32,841 nucleotides of DNA from Octopus bimaculoides (Eukaryota), in NCBI RefSeq assembly GCF_001194135.2, contig NC_068991.1, positions 47,470,775-47,503,615 on the forward strand, given 5' to 3'. The position numbers and the translations under genes were made by a program. The notes beneath the pieces are model-generated. The model was not told the origin of the DNA, searched no databases, and saw only the letters and a program-made list of their open reading frames with translations. This document shows positions 23,071 to 32,841 of the stretch, one piece after another (position 1 is the stretch's first letter; each line of letters starts with the position of its first letter).

Positions 23071-23580
23071 TTAAAGATTAATGTTTATTTTACTGTAAGT
23101 ACTGAAAAAGAACCCTAAAGTGATCATGTCAGAAATGCAATGAGACTTTACTTTCAACGTAATATAACACAGATCTATATATGTTTTTTTTTTCCTTTTA
23201 TACATACAAAGATACAGATAAAAAACATAAAGTTCATATATGTACATACACATTTTCTTCAATAAGAGAAAGAAAAGTCATTCTTTTCAACCATTTATTG
23301 ACCTTTTAAAGTGGTCTCTGTCTATTTGCAAGTCTATTTGAAATCTGATCTTCATTCATTCAATAATGAACAAACCACAGAGAAATGATCAAAGTCCAAA
23401 CTTACCACTTTTTCAATTACATAGTGAGTGAATAACAAAGAACTTCCTTGCCTTATTTATTCAAGGCAGATTAGCAAAATTCTGTAAATCCTTTTGGTAC
23501 TGAACAAACAAGGACTTTACTCCATTATATACTTCCATGTTAAAATCTTTATTGGCAAATCACATTATGATTAAATTTAA

Positions 23581-23787
23581 CTCTTTAGCATTCAAATTAT
23601 TCTGTTAAATGTAATGCTTATTTATTCACATTGTTTTGAACTTAACATGCATTGTCTTGTAGCTTCAAGATTTCAATAATGTGACAGCTTATCTTTTGAA
23701 TGACATTGTAGGATAGATGTGGGAAGCTGGATTTGGTTGGTTTGAAAAATATATGGGTTGGATATAACTGATTTAAGTGCTAAAGAA
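23581..23787. mobile_element. TTAA-flanked MITE, copy 2
   Basis: ttaa|ctctttagca....tgctaaagaa|ttaa imperfect TIRs. Confidence 0.7.
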
Positions 23788-24104
23788 TTAAAGAATTTTA
23801 TTTTCTTTAGTAAGCATACACTTACAACTCTTTTCAGTTTGACAATTTACATATGATGTTGAATTGGCATACTATTCTTTTCCAATGAAGAAAATTAATT
23901 TTTGACTATATTTTTTGATGCATCTGTTTTGCAATTCTTCTAAGCAAAAGTTTTCTTTTGCTTATAGAATATGGAAATTTCTGGATTGAATCCAACCAGG
24001 TGCGTTTCTTTTAGTATGTCCTTTCTCCTATATGAAAAACTTTGTGATATTCAATTCTTTTACTCCTTCTGTCATCCACAATTTCTCTAACCATTCAGTA
24101 AGAA

Positions 24105-25915
24105 AAAAAAAAACTTGGATTTTTTGCGTGGAATCCTAATATGCTGACCTCCTAATATGCTGCAAACTCCTTATTTTTGTTTGGAAAAAAGTGGGGGAGA
24201 GAAAACCAGACCCCCATATCCTGGAATCATTGGAAATTTTCTTTTTTTTCTGTTGAATGAATTCCAGTGACCTCCTAATATGCTACTAAACCCTTTTTTG
24301 ATACTGATGCCATCTGACTAGTCCCCGTGCTAGTGACACTTGAAAACCAGAGTAGAACAAAGATCCTATAAATGTTACAGAGTTCAGAAATTGTTTACAT
24401 TCATAAGATCATTAATAATATATGGGAAAGATGATCGCTATCACTACAAACCACATCTAATATCTGAGTAGTAGACTTTTCCAAAGGAATTTATGACCCA
24501 CTTTGCCATATTTTTTTTATAAAACGTATATGTTGGCATGTAAAAAGCTCCCACTCCATACTGTAAAGTGGATGGCATTTGGAAGGATATCCAGCTGCAA
24601 AAACTATGCCTAAACTGACCTTGCCTGTGCTGGTGCCACATAAAAAGCACTCAGTCCACTCTGGGGTGGTTAGTGTTAGGAAGGGTATCCAACTGTATAA
24701 AACTAGTCTTTTGCTTAGCCAGTTTCTGTCAAACCGTCCAACCCATGCCAGCACGGAAAGTGGACGTTATATGATGATGATGATGATGAGGAGGAGGAGG
24801 AGGAATATAAGGCAGTGAATTTCAAAGTTATCAGAGCTTCGCATAGAATTCCTTCCTGTATTTGTTCTGACTCTCCAATCTATGAGTTCAAAACCCACTG
24901 AGGCTAACTTTACCTTTCAACTTTCTGGGATGATAAATACAGCACTAGTCAAGTCCTGGGGTTTGGTTTTTGCTTCCCTTCTCATTCCCCCCCCCCACAA
25001 ATGAAACTCATTTCGGTGCCAAAAATTGCAAAGGGAAAATGCTTTAGTGCTTTTAAATCTATTCGGGATTATTATATATATTATATCCAGTGATTTTATG
25101 AGGTAGGGAAAAAATATTTTGCTTTAATATTATACTTTTACTTCGTTTCACACATACATGCAAAATCTCTAACATGTTGTTTTTTTAGATGAATTTAACG
25201 TTTGTTATCTCCCCACACATTTCGTTACCACTAACTTCTATAACCTTTGTATTTTCACTTATTCATTTCAAATTCTTTGAATTTTCAATCTAATGTAATC
25301 CACACTTTCTCGAAAACGTATTTCTGCGAAATGTTATCTTAAAATTATGGGTAAAGAAAGAAATAACAAAAAAATATTTGAAAATAGAGGTCGGAATGAA
25401 ATTTCCGACGGTCCTACCCCACCCCACTCCGTTTTCTGGACCCAAAAAGGGTTTTGTAGCATATTAGGTCACCAGAATTCATTCAATGAAAAAAAAAAAA
25501 ATTCCAATGATTCCGGGATATGGGGGGATCCGGTTTCCCACCTCCTTTTTTCCGAACAAAAATAAGGGTTTGCAGTATATTANNNNNNNNNNNNNNNNNN
25601 NNNNNNNNNNNNNNNNNNNNNNNNNNNNNNNNNNNNNNNNNNNNNNNNNNNNNNNNNNNNNNNNNNNNNNNNNNNNNNNNNNNNNNNNNNNNNNNNNNNN
25701 NNNNNNNNNNNNNNNNNNNNNNNNNNNNNNNNNNNNNNNNNNNNNNNNNNNNNNNNNNNNNNNNNNNNNNNNNNNNNNNNNNNNNNNNNNNNNNNNNNNN
25801 NNNNNNNNNNNNNNNNNNNNNNNNNNNNNNTTTTCCGAACAAAAATAAGGAGCTTGCAGAATATTAGGTCAGGGTACTTGATTCCACGCAAAAAAAAATC
25901 CGAGTTTTTTTTTTC
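24105..25915. repeat. Inverted pair of ~200-bp arms (24105-24300 vs 25440-25915), possibly a long-TIR element
   Basis: 'ggatttttt(t)gcgtggaatc' and 'ccccatatcc(t/c)ggaatcattggaa' are present in opposite orientations; the right arm contains a gap. Confidence 0.7.
24520..24790 (+). mobile_element. RTE-like 3' tail / SINE family 3
   Basis: Ends 'ccgtccaacccatgccagcacggaaagtggacgttatatgatgatg'. Confidence 0.7.
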
Positions 25916-27223
25916 CTTTCCAGTGAAAATCGTGCGGGTAAAAGAATCAAAATGTAGAAAGAAAATTTCTGGTATTCATTCAAATCATGTTCTTCGGTGA
26001 CTCGTTAGCGATGTAGCTGAAGACGGAGAGTCTTCAACATGGAATTGAAACAGTTACGATCGGCACGGCAAATAGGGAACTGGCGTGTTTACTTCTCTCT
26101 CGCTCTGTCTATTCTATGTACGTCATGAATAGTATTAATTTCAAGGACTTTCAATAACTCGTGTGTATATGCGTGCGCGTTAATTTTCCTTGTGATTTTC
26201 ATATTATCAAGTGACACTGCATTCCTACAGACTTTTTCGAAAGAAAAAGAAATAGAAGTACAAGAAAACGACAGAGAACAAGTAACATGATCACCTTTAT
26301 ACATGAAAATAACTTTCTAAACATACACACTACTGTATAGATACATAAAAAAAAAGCATTTCAAGAGGAATAAGTTAGGGAATAAATAAGAATGGTAATA
26401 TCGTAAAAGTACGTTCTTACCATTAAAGATGTCGACTATTGTGTGAGGGATGGTGATGGAATGAGCGTTACAAGGAGGATGAGGGGACAATGTTTACTAT
26501 CTTTATAGTTCATTAGGCCCGTTGAACATTAGTTTGTGGGATGAAGAACTTATCCAAAGTTGATTGTTGTTTATGATACATCATCTTTTAGTACAGCTCA
26601 GTGTAGGAATTCATTGTAAACTCCACTTGTAATTTTTATGTTACGTTCACAATCAAAACTTGCAGATCATCCTCTATATGTGCCATCCTTGAACAATAAT
26701 ATTTGCAGTCAGTTTATGTGGTGTAGGTAGAACTTCCGTTGTCGCGTCTGAATTCTCAGCTTGTTCTTTATATTTTAAAACATCAGCTCTTCATTAGATA
26801 AACTTTCTCTCTTGAACACTAGCAACTCTATCACATCATCCTCTATGACTTCTTCAAATCCTACATTCTTTGAAAGTATTACAATATCTTTCTGAATTTG
26901 GTATAGACTTTCTGCTTGGGGAAAACTTGTAATATCACGGATGCAGTCTGTCCATATATTTTTCAAAACGCTATTCGTAGTTTAGGTTTCATTACATTCC
27001 ATGACTCAGCTATATCATCCACAGTCTTTGTTATGTTGAATTTCTTCCAGAAATCTTTAACTGTAATCTTTATTCTCCCTGTCAGTTGCTTTCATAAGTT
27101 GTTTGAAAGTTCTTCTCATATAATATATCTTGAAGTTAACTACTACACCTTGATCTATTGGTTGGAACGTAGTTATATTCTTGTAGACATATTCTACTCT
27201 CACATAAACAGAAAGGTCATCTA

Positions 27224-28332
27224 CAGGGCCGGCCTTAAGCCGATTGGACCGATTGCTTCCAATCGGGCCCCGCATTCAAGAGACCACATCCTATACTGCT
27301 ACATTTCATAAAGGCAGTCTCCCTGAAGTCTTTCAAAATAATCTACACGGTCTTTCAAAAAAAAAAAAAAAAGAAGACAAAATCATACTTTCTACACAAG
27401 ATATCAAAAGATAAACCCATCCTTCCAAAACTGCTCGGGTCAACCGCTGAATCTGAAGAAATTTATTGTATTTTTAGTGTAAGGGTCAATATGTGCGTTT
27501 GTATGTGAATGTTTGGGAGTGTCTATGGGGATGTTTGGATAAAATGCTTGTGTCTGTGAGAGTATGAATGTGGCTGAATTGTATGTGTATATGTGTGCGT
27601 ATGTTTGTGTGTGTGAGTTTCTATGAATATGTTTAATTTTGGGGGAAACTTTTTTTATTTCAATAAAGAGTATTTTATGTGTAGCGTACGCCTTAAGGGT
27701 AAATGTAACTGCTGACACTCACAGAAAACCTATTGTTTTACCGTGAGAAAACTGCTGTTGAAAATGAATGGGTTATTTCCCTTGGCTGTTAAAATCTGGA
27801 CGAATGGGTTATTTCCCTTAGCTGATAAAATGAAATATATTAGATATATATAAGAATCCCTTCCAGGGGCCCTATTATCGATTTTTTTTCAACAGTCTTA
27901 GCATGTCATGAGGTTTCCAGACATAAGTTATACTCACTTGTCAAGTTTCATCAAAATCGATAAAACGATGTAGGAGGAGTTAGCTAACAACTCTACAAAC
28001 ACGCCCACAGACAGAATTTCCCACTTATGTAGTATATATATATATATATATACGCGCGCGCACACATAAATATAAACATAAAACGTGTATCTATATACAT
28101 GCATATCATCATTATTTAACGTCCCTTTTCCATGCTGACATGGGTTGGACGGTTTGACAAGGGCCAACAAGCCACGGGCTACGTCTGTCATCTGTCTAGT
28201 TTGGCATGGTTTGGCATAATAGACATTTTTATATTTTCACGATTCTATAGACCTTGGTGCAAGTTGACTGGGAATCTGGGGCCTTCCAAAACTGTTCCTA
28301 ATTGGGTGCCGCACCTCTTAAGGCCGGTCCTG
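27224..28332. mobile_element. Non-autonomous hAT element with 8-bp TSD
   Basis: TIRs cagggccggccttaag / cttaaggccggtcctg (15/16 match); TSD gtcatcta at 27216-27223 and 28333-28340. Confidence 0.93.
27730..28050 (-). mobile_element. HINE-like element nested in the hAT element
   Basis: 'tgtcaagtttcatcaaaatcgat..gtaggaggag..acagacagaa..tatatat' has the same architecture as 1-249. Confidence 0.5.
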
Positions 28333-30199
28333 GTCATCTAAGTTCGCTGGGTGGTTCGGTGCATTGCTTTGTTGGAAATATTATGTCTGGCACTGTACTC
28401 CAGGACAAAAAAACGTTTGTAAACCATTCTTTGAAAAGACTCTTGGTCATCTATGCCTTATTTGGATATCAAATCAAAGGCAGATTAAACTTTGTGTAAC
28501 CCTTGAAAGCGTTTATATTTTCAGAGTGATATACATATAGGTACTTTAATTTCATATCACCAGAGACATTTCCTCCCTAATGAATAGTCAGATGATTTGG
28601 GGAAGCTTTCAGTCTTAGTGTTGACTTTTCTTCTCGAGAAATAAAAGTTCTAGCCAGGTATGCACTTTCAGAAAAGTGCAGCCTCATAAACATATACTTG
28701 TACTGGTATGTAATTCCCTTCAGCAATCATTTTCTTTAACTGTACAGGAAAATTAGTAGTAGCCTCTGTGTCAGCACTCGCAGTTTCACCAGACATTTTT
28801 ACGATGTACAAATTCACGCGCTTCTTAAACCTTTCAAATCAACTTTTACTAGCCAAAAAAAGGGTTTGTTGCAGAAGCATGGTTGCTCTTGAATTTTAGC
28901 TACCTACATTATGACGTTTTACTTTTAGCTACTTATTTTGGTTCACCACGTGATGGTCAGGTCTATTTTGCTTTACTTGGACCGTCCATCCCTTAACGTG
29001 ATGGACTAGCCTAGCGTCTGTACATCGACTATGAAATGGGAAGATTTTGCTAGTTAATTCCTAAGGGAGGTGAGTTTTTGCTACGAGCGGTCTTGGATCT
29101 TTGATGTGAAAGCAGTTTGATACAATTTTTCAGCTTCAGCTTGAACAGAATTGTAACCGGAATCCTTGACGCTATGCTTCGCGTCTTAACAACATTCTAA
29201 ACAGAACTGTAACCAGAATCTTTGATGTTATGCTTCAGGTTTTTCTAACCTTTTGTCTTCATTTTTACGAGAATTTTAATCTATACAATGTATTGACAAT
29301 TATTAATGTCATACCAGTTTTGCTGTATCTGATTTTAGCGACGGTAATAAATGTTTCAGTGCGGTCAATTATAACTTGTCTTTGCATTTATATATTGATA
29401 TCTATCCTGACTTCATTTTGCAGAAGGCATAATATCATCAGACCTTAAACCGCATTATGTATAACAACCACACATTCTTTCGCTAAATGTTTTTCATGAG
29501 AAGTTTTATCTTCCCTTTTCGACTAATCGTCATATAAGCCTTTGGCTCTTTTTTGAATTACTATCGTGTTTATCGGCACTTTACGCCGATTCTGATCCTT
29601 GACCTATTCACCAAAAAAGTTGCTCCATTTTAAGCATTACATTAGATCTATGGAAAAATAAGGTCCGGACAGTTCTTGAGCATGTATTGTTTCCACTGCA
29701 GACGTTGCAAGATTTAATGTTTTGGCAAATTTAGTTTTACTTCCACATCAAATCCTTTTAAAACATCAAATTTAGTATCCAGTGTAATCGCTTTGCTGTT
29801 CCTTTTCGCACTGTTGCTTTCAGTGTACTTGATAGCTTCTTTCCAGACATCTTAAACTGAAGGCAAATCCAATAGTAGCGGCGATTAGTTACTCACAACA
29901 AATATGTAACAAAAAAAGAAGAAAGAAGGAAAACTTGGCTCAGGAATGATTTGGGCACAGGTTCGGTATTACGTGTCAATAGTGAAAGTAAATATAACGT
30001 GTCAAAAGAGAAAGAATAAAAGTGAAATAATCACGATTCACATTAATATTTATTTGCATTTAATTGGGGAGGCGTCTAAAATAGTACAACTTTTTTATTA
30101 TGTGGAGATGTGAAATGACTCGAATAAATATTATTGTATGTTATGAAAAGACAATTTGATGCACATTTTTAATCTTTTCATAAAACAACTCAAAACAGT

Positions 30200-30525
30200 A
30201 ATGTGTAAATTGCTTCATCTTTGAATTCATAGCGTCACATAAATTCAATGAGGTGTGGATCCAATAAGCATTGAGCTGTTCCATTTTTTCTTGTTTTTTT
30301 TTTGCATGCTTACACAAACATTCAATGTGATTAATTGTAGCCAATGTCACAGGATCAACAAAATTAACAGAATGATTGATCCTTAAATGTTCACAACCAA
30401 GTTGATTTATTGTATCATATGCACGCCAAAGGTCTCAAATGATTGTAGTTCCGGGTAAGATATAATCTTGGATAACGGCAAGGAGTGTGTTGGCTGTACG
30501 GTCTGCTACTACCACGGTCAAACTA
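30200..30525 (-). pseudogene. Merlin (IS1595/ISXO2-like DDE) transposase C-terminal relic
   Basis: VVADRTANTLLAVIQDYILPGTTII*DLWRAYDTINQLGCEHLRINHSVNFVDPVTLATINHIECLCKHAK matches the DRT..LPGT.I.SD.W.AY..NHS.NFVDP signature. Confidence 0.85.
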
Positions 30526-30530
30526 AAGCG

Positions 30531-31045
30531 TTTGACCTGGTGACAAAAAGGAATAAAAATTAGTCTAATAGGTGTAAAACAATTTGCTGGGAACGAATAT
30601 GAAGAAGAACATGCGCGCTCGCGAACGGGGGGTGGGAAGAGGGCCTCACCGGAGCCAAGAAACAAAAGAAAAATAGTGTAATAGATGTAAAACGACTTGC
30701 TCTGAACGAATATGAAAAAAAAAAAAAAAAAATACGCTCTCGCGAAAGGCGGGGTGAGGAGAGGACTCGGAACATTCACATCGTCACATATCGTCATTCC
30801 ATGGCCTCTGAATTATTGTGTTTGACCCGGTGACAAAATTTTTTTAAAAAATAGTCTAATAGGTGTAAAACAACTTGCTGGGAACGAATATGAAGAAAAA
30901 AATGCGCGCTCGCGAACCGGGGTGGGGTGAGGAGAGGACTAGGAACATTCACGATGTGAATGTTCCGAGACGCCTCACCGGAGCCAAGAAACAAAGGAAA
31001 AATGGTGTAATAGATGTAAAACAACTTGCTCTGAAAGAATATCAA
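30531..31045. repeat. ~290-bp tandem duplication built from ~140-bp CpG-rich subunits
   Basis: 'tttgacc.ggtgacaaaa..gtctaataggtgtaaaacaa.ttgctgggaacgaatatgaa' at 30531 and 30821. Confidence 0.85.
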
Positions 31046-31049
31046 GAAT

Positions 31050-31100
<51 letters not shown>

Positions 31101-31463
31101 ACTTTTATAAGGAATATTCTAAAAGAATATGTAACTGAACTTATATTGAGTGCTCTATTATTTTGAGCAAATAAATATATTTGTATATATGTGTTTTTAT
31201 ATTATTAATAAATTCATAAAATTATCAATAATATTCTCAGGAAATCAATATTTAATATTTCGAAAGATATATATTCAATATGACATGGTAATATAATAAA
31301 TTTAATATTTAGAATATACGAAATATAAATATAAATATATATAAAAATATGAATGTAGATAAAGATACATGTGAATATAAATGCGTGCAAAAATTATGCG
31401 TAATTAAGCATGAATATTATAAAGTCTAAAATTTTAAAAAACCCTAAAATTTAAAAAATTAAA

Positions 31464-31551
31464 CATCTGACGATCGTTTCGCGCATATTAATATAATCAC
31501 AATGTGATCAAAAGATCAGCATATTATCAGTAATTCCGCTCTTCGGAGATG
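31464..31551 (-). ncRNA. Type I hammerhead ribozyme motif with a U4C core substitution
   Basis: Minus strand: catct-CCGAAGA-gcg..cgc-GAAA-cgatc-GTC-agatg. Perfect 5-bp stem I, palindromic ACGATCGT stem III, GUC triplet. Confidence 0.65.
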
Positions 31552-31702
31552 AATTAAGAACTAATGGTATATGTAATATTAATTAAAAAATATTAAAAAT
31601 ATTAAAAAATTAAAAATATTAAAGTGTATACTGTCCTTTAAATAAATTGTAAAGTTAATCCTCCTATAATTTGGAAAGTTCATTTTTTTATCCTTTGTTG
31701 AA

Positions 31703-31736
<34 letters not shown>

Positions 31737-31744
31737 TATACATA

Positions 31745-32015
31745 TATACACAGACGAGCTTGTGTGTGTGTGTGCAAACCCACATAACTTCTGAAGTTCA
31801 CAACTGATTTTCTCCAAACTGGTAGCATACATTACTGATGTTACAGAGATGGTTTTAGACTCTTAAAAATTTTCACATAATGATGAATAGGCCCTCTGGG
31901 AGCAAAAAATACCATTCCCTGGGATACGTAGACAAGGGAGGTAACTCTTTGCGAAGTAACTTTCAGATATTGATTGTCTTCCGTACATCCAGCGGAATTA
32001 ATCCGCTGAATGTTT
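31745..32015 (+). mobile_element. HINE-like element
   Basis: (TG)n, then 'cacataacttctga..actgattttctccaaact', and a GC palindrome cagcgga/tccgctg at 31990-32008 near the putative 3' end. Confidence 0.4.
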
Positions 32016-32330
32016 TTCATCTTTTTAAACTATTGATATTAATTAATGTTCTTTTTTTACTGACAATTCTTAAAATTTGCCAAGATATTCATATTATTTA
32101 CCTTTTTTATTGATTTCATTATTAATGTACAATTGTTATCTCATTTTATTACATCATATTTCTTGACATAATTTCTTCAAAGAGGAGATCCTCCATTGGT
32201 CGAAAAATTATCACAGTCTCTATTGGTTGTGTGAAAGAGCAATACTGGCTCTTGAACCAGTATTTCCTTGCGAGAGACCATCCTCTCCTGAGGCTAACAT
32301 AACCTCTAAGTGAATTCTATATAATGTTTA

Positions 32331-32415
<85 letters not shown>

Positions 32416-32442
32416 CACACACATATATATATAATATATTCT

Positions 32443-32545
32443 TCTTTCTTTTATTTGTTTCAGTGATTTGACTGTGGCCATGCTGGGGCACCACCTTTAG
32501 TCAAACAAATCAAGCCCAGGACTTATTCTTTGTAAGCCTAGTATC
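32443..32545 (-). mobile_element. SINE family 1, 3' end
   Basis: Reverse complement of the family 1 tail 'ccagcatggccacagtcaaatcactgaaacaa'. Confidence 0.75.
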
Positions 32546-32599
32546 AGTAAATCGGTATGATTTTACATAAAATGTGCCTTTTAAAAATTAAATAAAATA

Positions 32600-32841
32600 T
32601 ATAAAAAAATTGAATGAAATTAACAATACAGGAACAATACAAATGAAGCGACGATCAGGCCACGCTCCGACCACACAAGCCCCGATCTATCGCTGGTACC
32701 TTTTTTTTGTTCTTTTTACCCCGTCTATTCACACGGTTTCTTTCACGCACAACACTCGTGCAACATGCTTCCATCTCTTTTGGAACGTACACTCCGACAG
32801 ACATCGCTTCTCCAGCCACACTTTCCTTTTCAAATGAAAAG
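32600..32841 (-). mobile_element. Probable L1/Tx1-like LINE ORF2 C-terminus and 3' UTR
   Basis: Minus frame FHLKRKVWLEKRCLSECTFQKRWKHVARVLCV* resembles the ends of Tx1-type ORF2s as I recall them; CpG-rich. Confidence 0.4.

Larger units (their letters stand above)
8165..25830. other. Assembly gaps (N runs): 8165-8173, 8463-8697, 11938-12816, 13427-13519, 18990-19033, 25583-25830
   Basis: Directly visible in the sequence. Confidence 1.
26520..29850 (-). pseudogene. Tigger/pogo-family (CENP-B HTH + DDE_1) transposase relic with nested insertions
   Basis: MSGKKL..KAITLDTKFDVL..DQNRRKVPINTIVIQKRAKGLYDD..FLASK..FERFKKR..SGETASADTEA..NAPNHPANL|DDLS..FQPIDQGVVVNFKIYYMRRTF..KQQSTLDKFF. Confidence 0.9.

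Noticed and set aside
26007-26060. CTGAAGA..GAAACAGTT hammerhead-like words
   Set aside because: Stem I and stem II do not pair in the required geometry.
1-32841. CRISPR arrays, rRNA or prokaryotic operons
   Set aside because: No repeat-spacer arrays, rRNA motifs or dense ORFs; the sequence is eukaryotic non-coding DNA.

Overview
AT-rich, repeat-saturated eukaryotic DNA with six N gaps and many microsatellites. The SINE, MITE and LINE families resemble those I recall from octopus genomes (inference, no database check). No intact protein-coding gene is visible; almost all listed ORFs are microsatellite, gap or transposon artefacts. Recognisable relics: two opposed mariner transposases, a Tigger/pogo transposase split by a hAT element with an exact 8-bp TSD, a Merlin (IS1595/ISXO2-like) transposase fragment, L1/Tx1 and CR1 fragments, Helentron-type HINEs, TTAA MITEs and at least three SINE-like families. 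The most interesting signal is three different type I hammerhead ribozyme motifs (7999-8068 +, 19645-19690 +, 31464-31551 -). One lies downstream of a tRNA-derived Pol III promoter in a TSD-flanked ~325-bp insertion, i.e. a tRNA-headed, hammerhead-carrying SINE/retrozyme. There are also several long inverted-repeat pairs, a local duplication built from a ~137-bp unit, and weak minus-strand exon candidates.
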